DNA of 32,507 nt from an uncultured Christensenellaceae bacterium. GTDB taxonomy: Bacteria; Bacillota; Clostridia; Christensenellales; SZUA-584. Position numbers and translations under genes: made by a program. Within the stretch, counting starts at the first letter, position 1, and the number at the start of each line of letters is the position of its first letter. Location of the stretch: positions 1-32,507 of the forward strand of contig CAZLRM010000001.1 of the NCBI GenBank assembly GCA_964561895.1, given 5' to 3'. Under the pieces are notes generated by a model. The model was not told the DNA's origin. It worked only from the letters and a program-made list of their open reading frames with translations, and did not search any database. Positions 1 to 5,084 of the stretch are shown here, piece after piece.

Positions 1-306
1 CATGAACATCGAATCGCCCGAGAACATGCGCCCGAGCGCTTTGCCGAAGCCGCCCTGCATGTTGGTCTGCATCGTGATTCCGCTGTCCATCCAGATCATG
101 CCGCCCGACTGTGTAAAAATGCTTTCACCCGCGTCCAAACGGATGGAGACCGCGGGCAGGTTGCCGCCGAAGATTTCGTACCGTAAAGATTTTTGCGCGT
201 TGGGGGCCTGCGCCGCGCTCTGGGGCGCTTCGCCCAGCTGTGCGCCGCACGAATTACAGAAGCGCGTGCCGTCGGGGAGTGACGCGCCGCATTTGGGACA
301 GAACAT
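1..306 (-). CDS. AIM24/DUF124 (TIGR00266-type) family protein with N-terminal zinc ribbon; 3' end lies beyond the window
   Basis: Reverse-strand ATG at 306-304 preceded by GGAGG (caggaggtgcaattATG). The frame is open to position 1. Translation MFCPKCGASLPDGTRFCNSCGAQL (CxxC-x10-CxxC) then LRYEIFGGNLPAVSIRLDAGESIFTQSGGMIWMDSGITMQTNMQGGFGKALGRMFSGDSMFM, the typical N-terminal pattern of AIM24/DUF124 proteins. Absent from the ORF track because no stop lies inside the window. Confidence 0.8.
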   Translation of the reverse strand, partial: MFCPKCGASLPDGTRFCNSCGAQLGEAPQSAAQAPNAQKSLRYEIFGGNLPAVSIRLDAGESIFTQSGGMIWMDSGITMQTNMQGGFGKALGRMFSGDSMFM

Positions 307-679
307 AATTGCACCTCCTGTTAATTTAGTTTCACAGATTCAATATACCATACCGCGTAAGGAAATGTATACCAAGAAAACGGAGAAGCGCGGGAGTGGG
401 GAAGGGGGAGGTATGGAATAACCAGCGTGGTACATTTTTAGTTTATATGGGATATATTGAAGAAATATGGGGGAAGGTGGTATAATGGGGGAGGTGGGGA
501 TAATGTCTATAATGTGGTGTTGGTTGATTTGCTAACAGATACCCATTATTAGTACCTTGGAACGTGGGGTATGCGGCTCTATTTGCTTATTTTATATTGT
601 ATCAGTTATATAGATGTATTTATTCAATAACACACAGACGGATAAAATTTTCTTCAAAGAATATAGGAGGAATAAAACC

Positions 680-1381
680 ATGGCAAGATGTACAGCACCA
701 GTTTACGGTCATCGCACAGCGAGTGGAAGGGCAAACTGCCCAGTGTGTGGAGGTGGTTATCGAGGTTACAACTCTTATTCCTCATATTCGTCCTCATATT
801 CTTCACCGTATTCTTCATTATCAAACAGTTCACCAAGTCGTAGTAGTGGTGGCGGACAAACAAAGACGAAAGCACGTTGGTCTCCAGTTGGTTCCACTAT
901 TTTATATACTCCTGCAGAAATTCGAACACTTACTCCTGTGCGTGAAAATGTTGAGAAACGTTCGAAATTACCAGATTTACGAGATGTTTTTCTTTGTCAC
1001 GCTTGGGATGACCGTAAAGATGCAGCTAAAGAACTACACGACTTACTTGAAGCAAAAGGTGTAACTACTTGGTTTAGTGAAAGGGATGTTCCTTTAGGTT
1101 CATCTTTGCTTCGTGAAATTGATAAAGGGTTGGCGAAATCTCGCGTCGGTATTGTATTGGTTACACCTTCATTCCTTAAACGTGTTGAGGGAGAAGGAAT
1201 TGCAGATAAAGAACTTTCAGCTTTGCTAGCTCGTGATTTGCTTGTTCCTATTGTACATAATACGACTTTTGAAGATTTACGTGAAGTTAGTCCGTTACTT
1301 GGTTCGCGAAGTGGCTTAAGTACTATTGAAGAATCAATGGTAGATATTGCAGCTAAAATAGCGGAATTGGTTGCTTCATAA
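680..1381 (+). CDS. TIR-domain protein with N-terminal CHCC zinc knuckle and Ser/Tyr-rich low-complexity linker (233 aa)
   Basis: ATG at 680 lies 9 nt after AGGAGG (665-670); the track start at 614 is an in-frame upstream extension. Residues 102-233 show the TIR secondary-structure motifs: DVFLCHAWDD, TTWFSERDVPLGSSL, VGIVLVTPSFLK, DKELSALLA, LVPIVHN. The N-terminus has C-x6-H-x8-C-x2-C. Residues 27-59 read YRGYNSYSSYSSSYSSPYSSLSNSSPSRSSGGG. Confidence 0.85.
   Translation: MARCTAPVYGHRTASGRANCPVCGGGYRGYNSYSSYSSSYSSPYSSLSNSSPSRSSGGGQTKTKARWSPVGSTILYTPAEIRTLTPVRENVEKRSKLPDLRDVFLCHAWDDRKDAAKELHDLLEAKGVTTWFSERDVPLGSSLLREIDKGLAKSRVGIVLVTPSFLKRVEGEGIADKELSALLARDLLVPIVHNTTFEDLREVSPLLGSRSGLSTIEESMVDIAAKIAELVAS
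779..826 (+). repeat. Imperfect 12-nt tandem repeat (about 4 units) inside the TIR gene, encoding the S/Y-rich linker
   Basis: tcctcatattcg / tcctcatattct / tcaccgtattct / tcattatcaaac read consecutively from 779. Confidence 0.6.
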
Positions 1382-1386
1382 ACGAC

Positions 1387-1518
1387 ATGGAAAAATCAAA
1401 CTCTATTCTAATTGACGATATGTCTGGATTTTTAAATGAAAAAAGTGTATCTGAAAACAATCCGGATCAAATCGAAGCTGAAAATTTGGCAGATCAAATG
1501 CTTGCTAATACAAATTAA
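1387..1518 (+). CDS. Hypothetical 43-aa acidic peptide immediately downstream of the TIR gene
   Basis: ATG at 1387 lies 5 nt after the TIR stop; translation MEKSNSILIDDMSGFLNEKSVSENNPDQIEAENLADQMLANTN. No clear Shine-Dalgarno. It sits upstream of the first intrinsic terminator (1576-1610), so it would be co-transcribed with the TIR gene. Below the ORF-track size cutoff. Confidence 0.25.
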   Translation: MEKSNSILIDDMSGFLNEKSVSENNPDQIEAENLADQMLANTN

Positions 1519-1575
1519 TTTGAATGCGTTTCAGCGCAATAAATATCCCCCGGCCTAGTGAACCTGTAAAATAAA

Positions 1576-1610
1576 AGTAGACATAATAAAAGAAATAGTG
1601 TCTACTTTTT
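1576..1610 (+). terminator. Rho-independent terminator ending the TIR transcription unit
   Basis: Perfect 8-bp stem AGTAGACA (1576-1583) / TGTCTACT (1599-1606), 15-nt loop, followed by TTTTT. Confidence 0.7.
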
Positions 1611-1647
1611 CTTATGAGGGGGCAGGTCAGGGTTTATTACGCTTATA

Positions 1648-1656
1648 TGATATAAT
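1648..1656 (+). promoter_or_regulatory. Extended -10 promoter candidate (TGaTATAAT) pointing into the ORF-free region
   Basis: tgatataat at 1648-1656, just downstream of the terminator. No good -35, which extended -10 promoters tolerate. Confidence 0.35.
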
Positions 1657-1807
1657 CGTATAGACGTACTTTAACGGGAAGAAACGGTAAAAGCATAAAG
1701 CAAAGCATCGCCAAGCTGCCTGTAGTAAGATGATTATTAATGGGAAAGTCGGTATTAGTTACATATAGAGAATTCAAAGACAATGGCAAAATAGCGGATT
1801 TGAGTTT

Positions 1808-1911
1808 TGTGTGATTATTTCTTGTTCGCTCTAAGTAATGTGTCACCCATAATATTAAAAAGTGCAAGCAAAATATGTGTGATTATTTCTTATTTTTGTG
1901 TGATTATTTCT
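1808..1911. repeat. Three exact direct copies of the 15-mer TGTGTGATTATTTCT
   Basis: Copies at 1808-1822, 1876-1890 and 1897-1911. The last two start 21 nt apart, about two helical turns. They lie in ORF-free AT-rich DNA. Confidence 0.9.
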
Positions 1912-2274
1912 AATCTCTTATCAGTTGGACAGCCGATTTTGTTTACTTCACTTCTACTACATTTTCTGTAGCATAGCATAGATAGGTACTTTTTAGACCG
2001 CATAGACACAGTAGAATCGCTCAAAACCCCTTTAGATCGGCGCTGCGGCTTACTGCCTTATGCGTTCCGAACCATGTGTCTACCTCCTACTAAACTCCGT
2101 GCAGGAGGGATTGCAGATGATATTGTTTTTGAAAGTTTAAATTCAAATCAGACAGAGTACTTACGAGATACATAAATGAATCAGACATGCACATTATCCG
2201 TATTACGCTCACTCCCACAAATTATAGCGAGCTCAGCTTATTTACAATTCTATACTTTTAACCCTTGTGGACTA

Positions 2275-2375
2275 CACATAGTAACATGCCTTTTGAATGG
2301 GCCGCCCCCGAGAAAGGCAATCATAAGGACGGGTAATGCACGTAAAAACCGCTGACAAACGAAGCTTGGCAGCGG
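2275..2375 (+). repeat. Copy A of a roughly 101-nt structured element; its inverted partner is at 22991-23092
   Basis: Hand alignment to the reverse complement of 22991-23092 gives 84 of 102 identical columns. Both copies contain the outer palindrome TGCCTTT..AAAGGCA and a terminal GC-rich hairpin. Confidence 0.85.
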
Positions 2376-2385
2376 CTATTTTTTT
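2349..2385 (+). terminator. Intrinsic terminator-like hairpin at the end of repeat copy A
   Basis: CCGCTG-a-CAA / TTG-g-CAGCGG stem followed by ctaTTTTTTT. An A-run precedes it, so it could act in both directions. Confidence 0.6.
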
Positions 2386-2458
2386 GAGCGCCCCTGAGCG
2401 ATGGCGCCGCGCAGAATGAGTGCAGCAAATGGCAGTCACTGCCGGAAGGAGATAGGGT

Positions 2459-2851
2459 ATGCAGATCGATATGACACAGATCATCATCGCGGGGGTGGGC
2501 GTGCTGTTCACCGCGGTAATCGCGCCGCTTGTCAAGGCGGCGTTTGAATGGCTCAAGGGCAAGAAGAGCAACGAGGCGATGCGCGCCGCGCTGGAGGAGG
2601 CGAAGGCCGTGGCGGACAACGTGGTCGCGGGCGTGCAGGCGAGCGTGGTGGACGGGCTCAAAGCCAAAAGCGCGGACGGCAAGCTGTCGGCGGACGACGC
2701 GGCGGAGGTCGCGGATATGGCGCTTTCGATGTTCCTCTCCGATATCTCGGAGCGCACGCTTTCCGTGCTTGAATCGGGCGCGGACGACATCACGGCCTAC
2801 ATCAGCAACCTGATCGAGTCGCGTCTGGCGCAGAGCAGGAAGCAGGGGTGA
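2459..2851 (+). CDS. Phage holin-like membrane protein (LL-H-type architecture)
   Basis: RBS GGAAGGAGA lies upstream. One N-terminal TM segment (IIIAGVGVLFTAVIAPLV) is followed by a long Ala/Glu/Lys-rich helical tail, as in LL-H family holins. The assignment rests on architecture and recalled similarity only. Confidence 0.5.
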   Translation: MQIDMTQIIIAGVGVLFTAVIAPLVKAAFEWLKGKKSNEAMRAALEEAKAVADNVVAGVQASVVDGLKAKSADGKLSADDAAEVADMALSMFLSDISERTLSVLESGADDITAYISNLIESRLAQSRKQG

Positions 2852-2855
2852 GCGC

Positions 2856-3431
2856 ATGGCGGCAATCCACTCGCAGCTCATCGACGACCAGTACAAGAAG
2901 CGGGCCGAAGCGCAGACAGCTAAGCTGAAGGCGGAGCGCGACGCCGGCAAGGCGCAGTACGAAAATCAGCTAAATAAGTCGGACGAGACGTATCAGCCGC
3001 TGCGCAACGAGGCGTATGTCAACCACGCGCTCGCGGAGAAAGCGCGCAAGGAGAACATGGCCAACATGGGGATGTCGGGCGAGGGCGGCACGTCGCTCTC
3101 TCTGCAGCAGCAAAACGCCGGCAATCTCTTAAACACGCTGGGCGATGCGTCGCGGCAGCAGCGGGGCTACGAGGACGAGATCAACCTCGCATTGGCCAAT
3201 CTCGATACGGCGTATCGGGCCAACGTGAACAGCGCAGCGGCGGAAACCGAGGCGCAGCGTATCGCGGCGCAGCTTTCGCAGAGCCACTTCGAAGTCAGCA
3301 ACGCGCTGAGTCAAAACCAGTACGAGCTGTCGAAAAGCGGCAGCCTGTTCAGCCAGTATTATCAGCTGCTTAAAGCCAAGCGCATCACCAAGAAGCAGTT
3401 TGAGCAGGCCACGGGAATCGATCTGAAGTAA
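2856..3431 (+). CDS. Hypothetical coiled-coil protein, prophage-associated
   Basis: 191-aa ORF starting 4 nt after the previous stop. It is Gln/Ala/Glu-rich with a heptad-like composition. No family recognised. Confidence 0.55.
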   Translation: MAAIHSQLIDDQYKKRAEAQTAKLKAERDAGKAQYENQLNKSDETYQPLRNEAYVNHALAEKARKENMANMGMSGEGGTSLSLQQQNAGNLLNTLGDASRQQRGYEDEINLALANLDTAYRANVNSAAAETEAQRIAAQLSQSHFEVSNALSQNQYELSKSGSLFSQYYQLLKAKRITKKQFEQATGIDLK

Positions 3432-3442
3432 CTAAGACGCAT

Positions 3443-3833
3443 ATGAGTCTTTCCATCAGCGATATTTACGGCGAGGTGCAAAAGGCAGTGAGCGCCCGGC
3501 GCGCCGCGGATGAAATCGCGAACGCCTTGCGGTACGGCGCCGCGCGGGACGCGGCGCTCGCTTCGCAGGGCAACTTTCGACAGAGCGATGAATCTGCAAA
3601 GGCAGCAGCTGGAGTTGCAGCGCTTTTATGCAGGCGTATTCGTGCCCGACAGCAGCCAGACGGGCAACGCGGGCTTTACGGAGATGACGGGCATCGGCGT
3701 GAATAACCCGCTGCGGAGCATAGGGAAAGCCAGTTCACAAGAAGCCGGAGCAGCAACGCGTATCTCGGCTCCGCCACCGGTAAACATATTGACATCACCG
3801 CGGGTAAAACGCCGGACCTTTTTGACGCGGTGA
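3443..3833 (+). pseudogene. Disrupted hypothetical phage-remnant gene (two overlapping frames)
   Basis: The frame from 3443 gives a plausible MSLSISDIYGEVQKAVSARRAADEIANALRYGAARDAALASQGNF and then degenerates into Arg/Gly-rich text. A second frame gives plausible NLQRQQLELQRFYAGVFVPDSSQTGNAGFTEMTGIGVNNPL from about 3588. This is consistent with a frameshift near 3575-3590, or with two short genes. Confidence 0.3.
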
Positions 3834-3976
3834 AAATTCTGCTTCATCTTATTCCTGATTTTTGCGGCCAAATATGATTCGCGTACATTATTAAAGCTAC
3901 AGCGAGTGAACGATATACATATGATATTGACGCGCTTTTTTGCGGTATATTTCACAAAATCCACCATAAAGTCCGA

Positions 3977-4005
3977 TTGACAATCAGCTGTAACAAGACT
4001 ACACT
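3977..4005 (+). promoter_or_regulatory. Sigma-A type promoter for the ATP-grasp/KamA pair
   Basis: TTGACA (3977-3982), 17-nt spacer, TACACT (4000-4005). The TTG used as the ORF-track start at 3977 is the -35 box. Confidence 0.5.
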
Positions 4006-4042
4006 CACAAAAGATTTATTCAAAAAGGACGGTGATTCCGGC

Positions 4043-5071
4043 ATGGAAGATGAAGCCAAACCGGAGCCTGGGCCGCTGCTGAAGGTGGGCCTGACTTACA
4101 ATCTGAAAAAGCATATCACTTCCCATGTCGCGGACGCGGAGGCGGAGTACGATAACATGGAGACCGTGCTCGCGATCAAGGAAGCTTTACAAGACGATCA
4201 TTGCTGTGTGGAGCTGATGGAGGCGGACGAAACGCTGCCCGGAAAGCTTGCGAAACATACGGTGGACATCGTCTTTAATATTGCCGAGGGCATACAGGGG
4301 AGAGGGCGCGAAGCCGAAGTGCCCGCGCTGTGCAACATGATGCGCGTGCCGTATACCGGTTCCGATGAAACCACGCTCTGTATCGCGCTCGATAAAGCGC
4401 TCACAAAGCGCCTGCTTTCCACATACCGTATCTTAACGCCCAAATACCGTGTGATCACGAAAGGCCAGCCCCGCATCGGCGCAGGATTTACTTTTCCCGC
4501 GATCGTAAAGCCCAACGCGGAAGGCTCGAGCAAAGGGATATCGGATGTCGCCATCGTTTCCGACAGGAAAGAGCTGCGCGCATTGGCCGAAAAGAACATC
4601 CGCGACTACGATCAGGACATGCTCGCGGAAGAGTATATCCCCGGCCGCGAGTTTACGGTGGGCATTTTGGGCAACGGCGAAGATACGCACGTATTTGCGC
4701 CCATGGAGATTATCTATCTCGACAAGCAAAACCCGTATAACATCTACAGCTTCACAGTCAAGCAGAACTACAAAAAGCTGATCCGGTATAAAAGCCCCGC
4801 GGATATTGACGCCCGCACGGAGGCGGAGATGATCCGCAAGGCGCGTACAATATACGACGCGCTTTCATGCCGAGATTTTTCGCGCATGGATTTTCGGCTC
4901 GCGCCGGACGGCAAGCTCTATTTTATAGAGATCAACCCGCTGCCCGGGCTTGCGCCAGGGTACAGCGATTTCCCCATGCTGGCTGAAATGAACGGCGTTG
5001 ATTACAAAACGCTCGTGCGCGGCGTATTAACGGCGGCGCTCAAACGGTACCACATTCAATCTCATTTGTAG
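4043..5071 (+). CDS. D-alanine--D-alanine ligase family ATP-grasp enzyme (substrates unknown)
   Basis: Ddl-like motifs: AEGIQGRGREAEVPALCNMMRVPYTGS, LDKALTKRLL, FPAIVKPNAEGSSKGIS, EEYIPGREFTVGILGNG, SRMDFRLAPDGKLYFIEINPLPGL. ATG at 4043 is preferred over the TTG at 3977. Confidence 0.85.
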   Translation: MEDEAKPEPGPLLKVGLTYNLKKHITSHVADAEAEYDNMETVLAIKEALQDDHCCVELMEADETLPGKLAKHTVDIVFNIAEGIQGRGREAEVPALCNMMRVPYTGSDETTLCIALDKALTKRLLSTYRILTPKYRVITKGQPRIGAGFTFPAIVKPNAEGSSKGISDVAIVSDRKELRALAEKNIRDYDQDMLAEEYIPGREFTVGILGNGEDTHVFAPMEIIYLDKQNPYNIYSFTVKQNYKKLIRYKSPADIDARTEAEMIRKARTIYDALSCRDFSRMDFRLAPDGKLYFIEINPLPGLAPGYSDFPMLAEMNGVDYKTLVRGVLTAALKRYHIQSHL

Positions 5072-5084
5072 AGAGGTAAAGACG

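Larger units (their letters stand above)
430..3976. mobile_element. Composite horizontally acquired islet: AT-rich cargo segment (about 430-2270) plus short prophage remnant (2459-3833); no integrase or recombinase in the window
   Basis: Abrupt visible drop in GC at about 430 and recovery at about 2290. Holin-like and coiled-coil phage-type ORFs follow, and the last one is frame-disrupted. GC-rich housekeeping-type genes lie on both sides. Boundaries are approximate and not computed. Confidence 0.4.

Noticed and set aside
2-421. 139-aa plus-strand ORF at the left edge
   Set aside because: It is antisense to a much better reverse-strand gene (AIM24-like, with RBS and family motifs). Its translation is Pro/Ala/Gly-rich shadow text with no RBS.
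425-441. Possible att-like direct repeat GCGT(GG)TACATT(T/A)TTA at 425-441 and 3881-3896, flanking the whole islet
   Set aside because: Only short exact cores (6 nt) are shared, which is expected by chance between two 100-nt windows. No integrase is present to give it meaning. It is worth re-testing only if empty-site genomes are available.
564-1064. 166-aa ORF overlapping the TIR gene in another frame, and the 614 start of the TIR ORF
   Set aside because: The alternative frame has no recognisable domain. The AGGAGG box sits 9 nt before the ATG at 680, so the upstream 22 codons are unlikely to be translated.
1643-1867. 74-aa minus-strand ORF in the AT-rich region
   Set aside because: It has no Shine-Dalgarno and a Leu/Asn/Thr-rich composition typical of random AT-rich frames. 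It runs through one of the 15-mer repeats.
2040-2075. Group II intron domain V-like hairpin (gcggcttactgccttatgcg...ttccgaacc)
   Set aside because: It lacks the AGC triad/GNRA-loop pattern of domain V on either strand, and no intron-encoded protein ORF is present.
2176-2355. 59-aa ORF running through repeat copy A
   Set aside because: The homologous frame in copy B has no start codon, and differences between the copies are not biased to third codon positions. Conservation is better explained at the nucleotide or structure level.
1520-2458. Retron, Thoeris, CBASS, SPARTA or type III toxin-antitoxin interpretation of the TIR neighbourhood
   Set aside because: The window contains no reverse transcriptase, ThsA (SIR2 or Macro-SLOG), cyclase, Argonaute or endoribonuclease gene. 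The 15-mer repeats are too few and too short for a ToxI-like array.
3626-3967. 113-aa minus-strand ORF at the right end of the phage remnant
   Set aside because: It overlaps the plus-strand frames, has no RBS, and its composition looks like chance. The AT-rich 3834-3976 part is better explained as a promoter region.
3977-4042. TTG start at 3977 for the ATP-grasp gene
   Set aside because: The TTG is part of a TTGACA -35 box with TACACT 17 nt downstream. The first 22 codons have no Ddl-like counterpart, so the ATG at 4043 is preferred.
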